64,000 bases of DNA from contig NC_092673.1 of the NCBI RefSeq assembly GCF_964355755.1, positions 12,310,948 through 12,374,947 of the forward strand, written 5' to 3'. The stretch's first letter is position 1; each line of letters begins with the position of its first letter. This stretch comes from Antedon mediterranea. Taxonomy: Eukaryota > Animalia > Echinodermata. The notes beneath the pieces were generated by a model. That model was not told the origin of the DNA, searched no databases, and saw only the letters and a program-made list of their open reading frames with translations. Shown piece by piece: positions 12,901 to 24,157 of this stretch. The translations under genes and the position numbers were made by a program.

Positions 12901-15900
12901 TGTTTATTTTAGGTTGGATAAATTCATTAATCCAACTATTAAACAATAAAAATAATATAAGTAATTATAATATAACCTAACCATGAAAATGTTATTTACC
13001 TTTTGAAAGACAAGATATTTTGAGGGGGTCCAGCAATCAGGCTAAAAACAATGATACATAAACATATAAAGAATCAATTAACAAGTATTGTTGTTCCTTT
13101 ATAGTGAAAACTAAACTTAAATCAATACAATGTCAAAAAAGAAATTTAAATTGCAATCAATGTTGGTTGATACACACCTGGGAAGAGATTGATATATTTT
13201 TTTGAAAATTAATAAAAGACGTGTCAGAAACAAAACATACACCTCCCCAAAGGCCCCGTTTCTGCTGCCAAAAATATACCGTATATATACGGTATATTTT
13301 ATATACGGTATATTTTATATACGGTATATTTTATATACGGTATATTTTTTGTCAGCAGAAATGGGTCTCATAAAAAATATACCGTATATATATGCGGTAT
13401 ATATACCGCATAAATATCCCCATCGTTTGTGGATATTATACGGTATATTCCAAAATATACCGTATATTTCGTACCCCGTTTCTGCTGCACTCAAAATATA
13501 CCGTATACGTGACCCGGCCCATGACACGAGGTCAAAAACTAACAGAGCGTGACGCGTTTGTTTGGTTTTTCTGCTGCATTGACACACACGTGTATAATAA
13601 ATAAGCAAGCAACAGATCAAAATATCACTGTGGACTGAAGAAATAACTATTTTTGCAATTCAATTGTGGGGAGAAGCGAAAGTTGGGGGGAGACTACATG
13701 GCAACAGAAGAGATACCGAGATTTACAAAAGTATCTCAAACAAAATAAAAGCAGAATTTGTGGTAGACTTAATAACGCCAAAGTTATCGGCAAACGCCGT
13801 CGTCTTCTTTGCATAAATGTAGTCAATGCCCATTCTACATTTCTAGATTGTTTGTGCGATGTAAATTCATTGCCACTTCCAGGGCCCACTTCTGATCATT
13901 AGATTTAAAATAGAAAGCAATGCTAAGACGTTTTGAGAAACCATCATTGTTTTGTTTTTGTCATGTAACCTCACTACACGAGACTCTAGGTCAATCCATA
14001 CTTCCGTCTCACAAAATGCATTTTGGGTATATGAAAGCCAACTTTTTTTACAGCCCACCCACGAAGTATGTGCAGCGGAAACGGTGCACGAATTTTATAT
14101 ACGGTATATATACGGTATATTTATACGGTATATTTATACGGTATATTTATACGGTATATTTGGGATTGGCAGCAGAAACAGGGCCTAAGAGTGCTTTCAA
14201 GCTGAGTGGCCACAAATGGGCAACCACTAATATTATGAAAGTTAATAGGTTATTTATTCAAGTAGAGTTGTCAAGCTGTTAAGGCAATGGCGTCGCAAGT
14301 CATAGCCACATTTTTGACATTGTATTGATTTAAGTTTTGTTTTACAGTATGGCGAGTGGTCAAGCATTTAAGACACTCCATGGTTCTGGTGGTAGAACGA
14401 GTCTTCTCGGATAAGGACTATAAACTGTAGGCCCAGTTTACACATCTTTCATGTGCACTTTAAAGAACCTAGTACCATCTTTTGAGACGAGTACAGTAGG
14501 GGGTTACCCCGGTGTACTAGTTCACACACAGCCACTGTCACAAACTCATCATATTATATAATAAATAACAATATTCAGCAAATGCTCAAGGCACTCCTCG
14601 ACCATAGTTCTAATGACCACGCCCTTCTTAGATAAGGACATAAACTGGAAGTCCAGTGTACATATATGGCTCATGTGCACTTAAAAGAACCCAGTGCATC
14701 TGCCGTTTGTGGTAGGTGCAGCACTGTAACTGCTGTGGATCTGTAAAGAACCTAATCCGAATTGAAGATTAATATTGATACAAGATACAGATATGTACAC
14801 TGCACTAGTTTTGAATCAGTGGTTTTTATAATAATTTCAATACATCATGTATTGCCTTTCTGTAGTGTAACTAGAATATCTACAAACAACAAAGGCATGA
14901 TTGGGAAGAATTAAACTTGTATGATTAACCCATAAAATCCAATTTATGAAAGGGTGAAATTGTTGATTTAAATTCTTTCTGAATTACTGAAATTAAGCAT
15001 TAAACTTACTGATCCATCTTCTCTTGTTTCCTTTTCGTGTGTTGCCCTGACAACGACCCTCTCTATCAACAAACCACGAAGCACTATGATGGCTTTGAAT
15101 GTTCTGCTTACTGTTACCTAATAATATTCAACAGTGGATAATAAGAAAAATACTTACCAAAAACATACAGCAATTTAAGATTGCTTATTTTACTGTAATA
15201 AAGTTGTTGATCCAATGCAGGATTTTTAATATCGTATGATCTACATTCAATATTACAATCACTACAATTTCAGCATGCAACATTGTTCACATTTGAAAAT
15301 CTTTTCAAATTTGTTTTATAACTTTACAATTTATCCTTTAACCGACAGATGGATGCTTAAAAACAATGACCTCAATAACTGGTGTTTAAGGTGTAGTCAA
15401 TGACAACATGCTGGGGAAAATCCCTGTATACAAAAGACTCAATTTGTCTGTATTCTCACCTGAAGAACATAGGGGGATGTCTGCTTCCTATGAACAGTAA
15501 GATCTGCAAAATACTGATCTATACTTAAGATTATTGAATCAACATTACTGAAAATAAATAAATGTATCCTACATTATATTATATAACATGCACCTGAGTG
15601 TAATGCTCAATATCTGATTGGTTAATTTCACATGACATTCAGTATTAGTTTAACTGAACCGGAGTGTGGTTCTTATTGATGTAGGTTTTTGTAAATATGT
15701 GAATGGTCTGTAATCCAAGGTTGGTACAGTAAATATAAACTGTTCTACTTCTTGAACAATGACTTTTTTTTCATTAGTTGAAATTTTAAATAAACATTTT
15801 CCTTTGTTGTAATTGATGGACATAAAACAGAAAAAAACATTTTTTTTTATTCCTCAGCCTCAGGTGTTTACCCAGTATTAAAAATTGGACATACAACAAA

Positions 15901-18900
15901 TATATAATATAATGTGTTTTACCTACCGAGTATACTAAAAAAATATCAATTCAAATTTTATGACCGATAATTCATTATATATTGAAACATTCAAAATGGA
16001 GAAAATAGTGTTGTTGATGGCAAACATAAGAACTTACTCAGGAGCAATGGCATGGCTTCCAATACTAGGCTTCTTCCTCTTGCTAGCATGGTGTCCAAAG
16101 TTGGATGAACGTTTGATTTGTGACAACAACATTGCAGACAAGTTACAATGATCTCGCATCTTAGCATTGAAAATAAAATCATTTCAAATGATGATAATTT
16201 TAAATTTCGAGTAAGCATAAATAAATAAAGCAATAGGAATCATGGAAATGGAGTATGTTGGCCTTGGTTTTAGCAGAGTTGGTTGCAGGATTTGCAAACA
16301 AACTTCATCATTTGTTTGTTGCACAGATAATATTACTCATATTTCAAAATTTAAATACTGTACTGTAAATCCCCCCCCCCCCCACCCAATAAATTGAATT
16401 AATTGTGTAACCTTTGAATGAATTTTCCTTAGATGCGTACAGTAGGTACATTTCCAATGGCATGCAAATATGTTTTACAACAAATACTGCACAAGTGAAA
16501 AAGAATTTGTTCTCTCTTTTGTGGTGTAATTTTTGCATTTCTTTCAATAAAATACTAAATTTAATATTCTAAATTCTAAATGTGTTACCTTGTCAGACCA
16601 TTTGTAGGCATCTAAAGCTTCACGGTAGAATGACATTCTGTCAGTAATTGGGTCAAGAGACAGTAAACTTGTGTTACCTAGTGGTGGTACTTCAGTCCAT
16701 TTAGGTAACAATGCCGCCTGCTTTTCAAAATGCCTTTTAATTAGGAAAATGTTCATTTATTTTTTTCTGCAGCGAAAAATCACAAATTATAGGATGCCTT
16801 AAAAATATTTAGATATAAATATATGTAAAAACACATGATATACAAAAATTAAATAGCTTTAAGAACTTTCGATTTATCTCTAATGGAAATTGAATTGTAA
16901 AGCTTGGATAATCTTTGAATAAAACTACAAAGGTCAGTGTTTTGACTAAAAAATAGGAGATTGTTAAAAAAATAGGATATTTTTCAAACATTGATTGTTT
17001 AAAAGTGTGCTGCATGTGATTAGACTAATTGCACTACATCCTTGTGAATTTGTGTTTGGTATAAAAGTTATATCTAACCAGCCTTTCACAGTAGGGATCA
17101 TCGGTTCATTATTTATTAATTTGTTATGATATATTTTAAAAAAATAATAATTGTTTGTGACGTGACTAGGAACCAGATACAAAATGTGGCCTGTAGGTAG
17201 TAAATATAAATAAAATAGTATTTTGTGGAGTGTGACCTTGACCCTTCAACATCGAACTCTGGCAAGATTTTTCGTCACAGATCATTGTGCCCAAGTTTGG
17301 TGAGATTCTGATAAAAACTGTGGCCGCTAATATGCTCTTCATAGTTACACACACATCACACACAAACATGTGGGTGAAAAAGCATACATGGCGGTTCATA
17401 ATCATAAATAAATACAGAGGTGAAAACATAACCTTCTTGGCAGAGTTGATACATGTAGATTGAGAGATAATGTGTGTGTATTCTATTTTTTATATTACAG
17501 TATATATATATCTGTTTATAATTTTGAAGTCACATTGTCTCTCAGGACTAATAAACTATTGACACTCTTCGAATGAGGTTACAGTAAATAAATACTAGGC
17601 CTAATCATTTAATATCATATTTTATTGAATTTTACAATGTTAATATACCAAAAATTTTATTAAAAAACATGATTTTATGTAATTATTTTACCAAAAAATG
17701 CTGAATTCATATAACTGCCGACTGAGAGGGCAATATGTTTACGTCATTTTTGGCTAAAACCGATCACTTTCGGCGATGTTTTAGACCGTATGCGCAAAAG
17801 TCAAAGAAAACCCTACGAAATGTTAGTGTGCACAAAATAAATAACTAAAAATCGTACAATCAATCAATAATAACACCGCATTTACTTACAGAATCTATCA
17901 AAATATTTTGATTTAAGTCTTTTGATTTTTGATCAAGTAACCAACGCATTTACTCCTCACATTAATTGTGAATATGTTAATCCATAGTCAATAGAAAGTA
18001 AATTGACTATGGTTGCGCTGATTCTGTGACTCAGTAGATCTAGCAATGTTGAATTCGTCCATAGTTACTATAAGAGGGGAGGGTTTTATTTTTTATTCCA
18101 AATGGTCTTTATTTGGATGGTGACCATAAACAAAAAGCAAATGCGGACAATAAAGGGGCCCTCAAATACTATGATTTAGACAGTAGGCCTAGCCCCAGGG
18201 TTGAGTAACAGAAATCAGCACACACATGCAGCTGGAACAGCTTGGCAAACAAAATCAGATACTGAGCGGAGGCTATAGGTATAGCATGGTTATATACGTA
18301 GTAGCCCTCTTTTGAAACGGTTTTCTGTATTCTAGAATTAAATTATTCTAGAATTAAAATCAACATGTTTTGGCCTTTCAATAATAACAGACGTACCCCT
18401 AGGCTACATTTAGTTTCACACGACGGCGATAATAGCGATAAATGAAGCATAAAGAAAATGTTAAACCGCCGCCGGTTGATCACTGTTCGCGATATGAACA
18501 AAAATCCAAAGTCCTTATATGATGACGTCACACACGTACCAGCTGATTGGCTGATTATGACGTAATGCAATTTTACAGTACCTTTAGCAAACGGAAGTTA
18601 GGATACGATACCGTATCTTTAGCAACGGCATATAGATTTTGTAAGTGTAAATGTAGTCTACGGTGTATATCATTATCATTGAATTTATACGATTTCCACA
18701 AGTCTGTATTTTCAGACAAAAAATCTAAATAATAAAAAATAAGAATACAGACTTGGGGCAAGTCTAAACAGTAGAACTTGGCCTACTAATCCTATATACG
18801 CGCGCCTAGCTAGACCCTCCTAGTCTAGCCTACTAGGCCTAGCCCTATTTTTTTTTCGCCGTGGCTAAAGATACGGTACCGTATCCTAACTTCCGTCTAC

Positions 18901-21900
18901 TAAAGGTACGGTAAAATTGCATTACGTCATAATCAGCCAATGGGGTGCTGGTACGTGTGTTACGTTATCGTATAAGGACTTTAGATTTTTTTTTCACATC
19001 GCGTATGTAGAGAGAATTGCCTATTGACGGCACCAGGCTGCATGGATGTGTGCGCTGATGATTCTGTGACTCAGCCTCGGGGTTAGACCTAGCAATGTTG
19101 AATCCAGAATCGTCGATGCTGTAGTAATAGAGCAAGATCATGTGGTTGGTGGACGTTACATAAAGCGTTTAAAATATGCACTCAATCTCAAATATTATTT
19201 CATTATACAACATTTTACACTACACTACAGTAGAAATATGTTTATAGCCAAATTAGAAGTAAAGGAATTATAATTCAATGTTGGAAATTGTGTTGCGTCA
19301 AAGAATATATATTCTTTGGTTGCGTCTAGTTCATTCGTCCATAGTTACTACGAGGGTTTTATTTTTATTCCAAATGGCCTATATTTTTTAATAAACTTTG
19401 TTAATAAACAAAAAGCAAATGCGGACAATAAAGGGGCCCTCAAATACTATGATTTAGACAATAGGCCTAGCCCCAGGTCTTAGTCACAGAAATCAGCGCA
19501 CACATGCAGCTGGCCCCAGCTTGGCAAAAAAACTCATATACCAAGGCTATAGGTTATAGCATGGTTATAGTACGTAGTAGGTGCCTCTTTTGAAACGGTA
19601 AATTTCTGTATTCTAGAATTAAAATCAACATGTTTTGGCCTATCAATAATAACGGACGTAGGCCTAGGCTACATTTAGTTTTTGTCACACGACGGGGATA
19701 TTTTATAATAGCGATAAATGAAGCATAAAGCAAATGTTAAGCCGCCGGTTGATCACTGTTTTTATTTCGCGATATAAAAAAAAATCGTTATGGCTAAAGA
19801 TACGGTACCGTATCCATACTTTTAAAAACTAAAGGTACGGTAATTATAGAGGGCACTATGTAATGTGGATGTTAATCAAATAGGTTATTGCATTGGTTTT
19901 CTGCAAGCCAGCTGTGTAGCCTAGTGGGCATGTGATGAGGCTTTGGCTTAAGGGGTTGGAGGTTCGATACTCTTCTTGACGTCTTTTTTAAATTTTTTTT
20001 TAGTTTTTAATTTAAGAGAGATTATTTAGAGGGTTAGGTTTTTAATATTTAGGAAGGAGTTTAATTTAATATTTAGGAAGGAGTTTTATATTTAGGAACG
20101 AATTTTATATTTAGGTACGAGTTTTAGGAATGCAATTTTACCGTACTTTTAGCAAACGGAAGCGCTCTCTATAATTACCGTATCTTTAGTTTTTAACAGC
20201 ATGGATACGGTACCGTATCTTTAGCAACGGCGAAAAAAATCCCAAGTCCTCATACGATGACGTCACACACGTACCAGTACCCCATTGGCTGATTATGACG
20301 TAATGCAATTTTACCGTACCTTTAGCAAACGGAAGTTAGGATACGGTACCGTATCTTTAGGCACAGCGTTTTTTTTTAGTATTACTAACTAGGCCTACTA
20401 ATAGCGACCGCAATTTGCTACCGCGCATCGTTTCTGCGCATCAATATACTCGGTTCAGTTCGCTGTGCAAAATCTTGGTTTTAGTTGACGCCGCCAGCGG
20501 TTGTTTACCTTGTACCGTTCAAACGGTTTTTATGGTGCATTGTGGGTGTATATGTCACCTTTTTAATCGTTTACCTTCGCCATCTTTTTTTTCCGATCGG
20601 TTTAAAAAAAAATTTATCAAGATCCGTTTATTATAAGCAAAGTTATTGATTTCAGAATAGGTAAGTAATATTGAGTGATAAAAAAATGATTTTTAACCTA
20701 ATTTTTCGAATATAATGGTTATAGACCCATTAAAAACAATATGAAAAACGGAAAGAACAGGTTGTCTTTGACTTGAATGCAATAATTTCAAGCAGATTAA
20801 ATGCGACGCTTCCCGACGCCAACGACTTTCTTAGACCAAGTCTAGGTCATTTGAAGGTCACTTGGCCTAGCTTTTTGTTAATCAATAAAACCATAATAAA
20901 ATCATTTAGTATATTAATAAATAACGTTTGTTGCCATTGTAAATTTAATTGTTGATGTATATTTAAAGTTTTCTAGAATTTTGAGTTATTTAAATACCGT
21001 AAATTAAATAATATTACTGTATTGATATTTTTAATTACAGAGGATGTTAGCCTAGTTGTTAACACCGCCGTGTGCAGTCCCTTGATTATTAAGTTTGCTG
21101 TTCTATCTGGTAGGTTTACTCCTTCTATTATATAGTGTTTTTTGTTAATTATATGTTTTGTTGATTATTTGTTGTTTTTATTGTTCAATATTGTCTTCTA
21201 ATGAAAATATTTTATTTTAACGTTAATTTTGTTATTTATATATAAAATTATTAATATCGATACTAATTGTTTTTTTTTATTTTTCTAATTTCAGATTCAA
21301 TATAAATACCCGCACCAGTTACCAATCTGATATTTTAACCAATAAGAAATATATAAATTCCACAAATCATAGTTTAATTAGTAGTTTATCATACTATATA
21401 GTATAATTTAATTATGAAAATGAATTTGAGCTATACTGATCAAGACAAACATAAGAATATTACATATAAACCATGTATAAACACGCATTTATTAAAATCT
21501 GCTATACTGTAGACTACATTAACTCGCTTACTTTTAAATAAATGTGTTGCAAACAAAAAATAAATGAATGTATTTTTTGTATTACTGTTGACTGCTTTGG
21601 TTTTATTACTGCTGGTGATTTGATGATGTGTTGAAGAAAAAACAAAATGATCATTAGTGTTGGACGCCCAATTTTTTGTTTACATTAATTCTGGTTGCCA
21701 TGGTAACTTATTAGTAACATACACAATCATTTTTTTCTTCAAAAATGTTGTTGTTGAGACTTGGTAAGTACCTACAGTATTGGTGAAAAAAACAATGAAG
21801 AAATTAAGTTTTATATTCTACTCTTGTTTACCTTTTTAAAGCAACATCTTTTTGCGCATCATAATATATATTGTATATAAATTATTAGTAAACAAATTAA

Positions 21901-23245
21901 TGTTTGTTGCTATGGTAACTGTTCGTCTTAAAAAAGTTAAAAATTATATAGTTTGCTGACAATTTGTTAAAACTAAGAGAATAACTTTGTTTTTGTATGC
22001 AAACACTCCTAAATATCGAGTTAAATCCTATTGTTTATTTTCTTGTTTACATAAATGCTGGTTGCCATGGTAACTTATTTCTACCACATAATCATATTTG
22101 TTTTAATGTGGTTGTTGTCACTTGGTATTAATAGTACCTATTGGTGAAAAAAACAAGTTTTATATATATTCTGTACACTTGTTTACCTTTTTATAGGTTG
22201 ACATCTTTTTGCGCATCACATTCAAATTATTAGTAAACAAATTAAAGTCTTGTTGCTATGGTAACTGTTCATCTTATGAAATTAAAAATTATTTAGTTTG
22301 TTGACAATTTATTGAAACTAACATAATAACTTTGTTTTAGTAATAAAATATGCTTAAACATTGAGTTAAATCCATTTGTTTATTTTCTTGTTTACACAAA
22401 TTCTGGTTGTCATGGTAACATATTCGCAATGTCGAATATAATAAAAATTTTGCCAAAATGGGGTCGTTGAGACTTGAGGTACCTATAGGTGAAAAAACAT
22501 GAAGAAACTATGTTTCATATAGATTTTACATTTGTTTAAAGTTGTTTACCTTTTATGAATATTTAATTAGCTTGATAACTACCTGTATATACATCTGTTT
22601 TGACCAATATTCCTCATATACAAGATTAACGAAAAATCATGATTTTTCAAATTTTCAAATTGCGATAACTCTGGAACCCAATGTCCAAATTGACTAAGGG
22701 AGGTGGCAAATAAAAGCTATAATCCTACCCTTTCTTACTATGCTAAAATAAAGTGAATTCAATGCCTTTAAATTTTTCATGAAATGTTGCTACTACTAAA
22801 AGGCCTAGGGTAGACTATTATTGAGTATTATTTATGAAATAAAGCCCAGCTCAGTCAGTCAAAGACAGGCTTCTTTTCGAAAAGGTAGACTAGAGTACTC
22901 TTAGGCGTAATGAAGTCTTCTAGCCTAGGCTAGAAGGGATGCTGTATAAGTCTAGGCGTCCCGTCTAGCTAGGCCTGGGTTGTTTCGCCCCAGTATTACA
23001 ATTTATAAAGCGGGAGAAAAAAAAACACTTGTGTGTGTAACTCACTCATATTCAATAGTAACAAGCATCAGCCCAGCCTGCAAGTCAGATAAAAAAGCTC
23101 GCTTCTTCGTATCATTACCGTGTGCTGGCGTCTTTTTCCCATCTTTCAAATGATCAAAAACATTGGTAACACTTCCACGAAGTTTCTGTATAGCTTCAAT
23201 TGCAAGGGAAAATGCTATGCTATTTTTCTCGTGTACCTCCACCAT
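9811..23245 (-). CDS. MED27: Mediator of RNA polymerase II transcription subunit 27; 8 exons, 304 aa
   Basis: Exons (-): 23245-23046, 16733-16589, 16159-16038, 15547-15460, 15117-15010, 13041-13000, 11682-11605, 9942-9811. All GT-AG and in frame (915 nt). The protein matches MED27: AIEAIQKLRGSVTNVFDHLKDG, LLSLDP..AYKWSDK, VFQKITDH, WLRSYNKLFSTPCKRCGKYLQDNLPPTHRDLRKLEAYHETCR. Confidence 0.97.
10141..11412 (+). mobile_element. Non-autonomous Helitron, 3'-truncated copy of the 37282-38518 family, with a secondary insertion at about 10325-10610
   Basis: Begins A|TCTATATATAAATTTGCGTAAGGGCAAAATTTGG and is colinear with the reverse complement of 37282-38518. It lacks the terminal hairpin and CTAG. 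The inserted piece ends in AATAAA(AGAATA)n like a retroposon tail. Confidence 0.8.
11605..11682 (-). CDS. MED27: MED27 exon 7
   Basis: tttag|ITDHVTSTMLHYHYPNSPDMALKQFM|gtaagt. Confidence 0.95.
12203..12904 (+). mobile_element. HINE family A, copy 2 (MED27 intron 6)
   Basis: TTTTTAGTCGCGTGGACGCGACTCTATAG, then GTCG/GTCT microsatellite, ending CACGCGACTGCAGCCATCTATATGGCCTTGTT. Inverted near-copy of 1871-2588. Confidence 0.85.
13000..13041 (-). CDS. MED27: MED27 exon 6
   Basis: tttag|PDCWTPSKYLVFQK|gtaaat. Confidence 0.93.
13252..14185. mobile_element. Non-autonomous TIR DNA transposon (about 934 bp), PIF/Harbinger-like ends
   Basis: 20-bp TIR GGCCCCGTTTCTGCTGCCAA / TTGGCAGCAGAAACAGGGCC (1 mismatch), flanked by AAA and TAA (a degenerate TAA TSD). 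Subterminal arrays of ATACGGTATAT in both orientations. Confidence 0.75.
14350..14760 (+). mobile_element. tRNA-derived SINE remnants with a Deu-like core (two adjacent partial copies)
   Basis: GAGTGGTCAAG A-box remnant, then CTCGGATAAGGACTATAAAC..GGCCC..CACTTTAAAGAACCTAGT..GAGTA..GGGGTTACCCCGGTGT, resembling the DeuSINE central domain. Repeated at about 14625-14760. Confidence 0.6.
15010..15117 (-). CDS. MED27: MED27 exon 5
   Basis: attag|VTVSRTFKAIIVLRGLLIERVVVRATHEKETREDGS|gtaagt. Confidence 0.95.
15460..15547 (-). CDS. MED27: MED27 exon 4
   Basis: ttcag|NVDSIILSIDQYFADLTVHRKQTSPYVLQ|gtgaga. Confidence 0.92.
16038..16159 (-). CDS. MED27: MED27 exon 3
   Basis: ctaag|MRDHCNLSAMLLSQIKRSSNFGHHASKRKKPSIGSHAIAP|gtaagt. 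Confidence 0.88.
16589..16733 (-). CDS. MED27: MED27 exon 2
   Basis: aaaag|HFEKQAALLPKWTEVPPLGNTSLLSLDPITDRMSFYREALDAYKWSDK|gtaaca. Confidence 0.93.
17165..17450 (-). mobile_element. Short HINE-like element (family B related)
   Basis: The - strand starts ATCAACTCTGCCAAGAAGGTTATGTTTTCACC (compare ACCTCCGCCAAGGAGG at 34878), has a GT-rich microsatellite and ends in CTAGT. Confidence 0.5.
18015..20370. repeat. Complex of direct and inverted duplications built from a TIR module containing GATACGGTACCGTATC
   Basis: About 18054-18510 is repeated directly at about 19334-19785. A 110-130 bp module occurs at about 18505-18630 (+), 18857-18990 (-) and 20240-20368 (+). 19786-19860 is inverted relative to 20163-20232. 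Confidence 0.8.
21670..22798. repeat. Three diverged 340-370 bp tandem units, likely the subterminal region of a large DNA transposon (possible Academ-type TAG...CTA end at 22798)
   Basis: Units start at about 21675, 22043 and 22385. Each has TTTACA..AATTCTGGTTG(C/T)CATGGTAAC..ACCTA..GGTGAAAAAA..TTGTTTACCTTTT. The region ends GTTGCTACTACTA. Confidence 0.65.
23046..23245 (-). CDS. MED27: MED27 exon 1
   Basis: MVEVHEKNSIAFSLAIEAIQKLRGSVTNVFDHLKDG...LVTIEY|gtgagt. Confidence 0.95.
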
Positions 23246-23450
23246 CTTTTTTTATACAACAAGTACAAAACTGTACTGCAGCGCAGCATGAGCGAGATGC
23301 GCCATCTATTTATTATGCTGCGGCTCTCTCTACTATGGAACGCCGTTACTGCCTTCTTCGGCTCTTTTACCATTCGGCCCTTTACAATTTGGCTCTTGCA
23401 CCATTTTATACGGCTCTTTTCCCATTACGTTCGGCACTTTTACCATTTCA
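23246..23450 (-). promoter_or_regulatory. MED27 5' UTR / proximal promoter region
   Basis: CpG-containing stretch directly upstream of the ATG, with a GCGCCATCT (YY1-like) motif at about 23298. It abuts TTCGGCTCTTTTACCA-type repeats (23355-23450), probably a TE end. Confidence 0.4.
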
Positions 23451-24011
23451 TATGGCACTTGAATTTTAGCTTAAATTATGTATTGGTGCGAGGAATGATT
23501 TGTTTAATCCTTTAGTGGGATTATTGTGAAGTGAACATTAATTAATTTTCACAGACAAAAAGCAAACACTTAATGATCACTAATTGGAAAGTTCTGCATG
23601 TGAGGTCTAAACTGAAACCAAATATCAGGTCCCCACGGCCGGGGGCAGTCATCTCACTGTCCGTTTTCTGTTGACACATCCGACATGCCCATAATTCTCT
23701 ATAGGCCTACACAAAGAGGATAATATACTAAAAAAACGAATTTTAAAAATTGCTTTACACTGTACTACTACAGTAGCTTGTGAATTATCAGATCCTGTTT
23801 TTTTATGACACCGCTATAACGCGACTACCCTATCAATAATGGAAACGTAAATAAAATTGATATGATTCATTATGAATTTTATTTGCAACGAGATCAGTTA
23901 AAATATAAGTGCCCTGTTAAAATCAATTTTCACCATTTTAAAATTTAAAAAAAACCAAGCGCTGCCTGATTGGACAGGAATAAAACAAATACAACAACAA
24001 CGGGCTGGTGA

Positions 24012-24080
24012 ATAGAGGGTGGTGGAGAGAGGGTGGTGGAGAGAGGGTGGTGGAGAGAGGGTGGTGGAGAGAGTAAGGGT
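24012..24080. repeat. G-rich minisatellite (GAGAGGGTGGTGGA-like, 14-16 bp unit, about 4 copies)
   Basis: Direct reading. Confidence 0.85.
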
Positions 24081-24157
24081 AGAAAACAAAGAACATAGCT
24101 TGGTAGATATAAACAATTAGGAATAGAACTAAAAAACAGCTAAAATATTGGTTAATA

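Noticed and set aside
13202-14282. Several overlapping ORFs (YGIFYIRY-type)
   Set aside because: They are translations of the ATACGGTATAT arrays of the TIR element: low complexity and present on both strands.
19905-19985. Functional tRNA gene
   Set aside because: Only A/B-box-like motifs, no cloverleaf, and embedded in a TIR repeat.
23120-23515. 131-aa and 89-aa + strand ORFs
   Set aside because: Antisense to MED27 exon 1 and its promoter, partly made of short TE-end repeats, with non-ATG starts.
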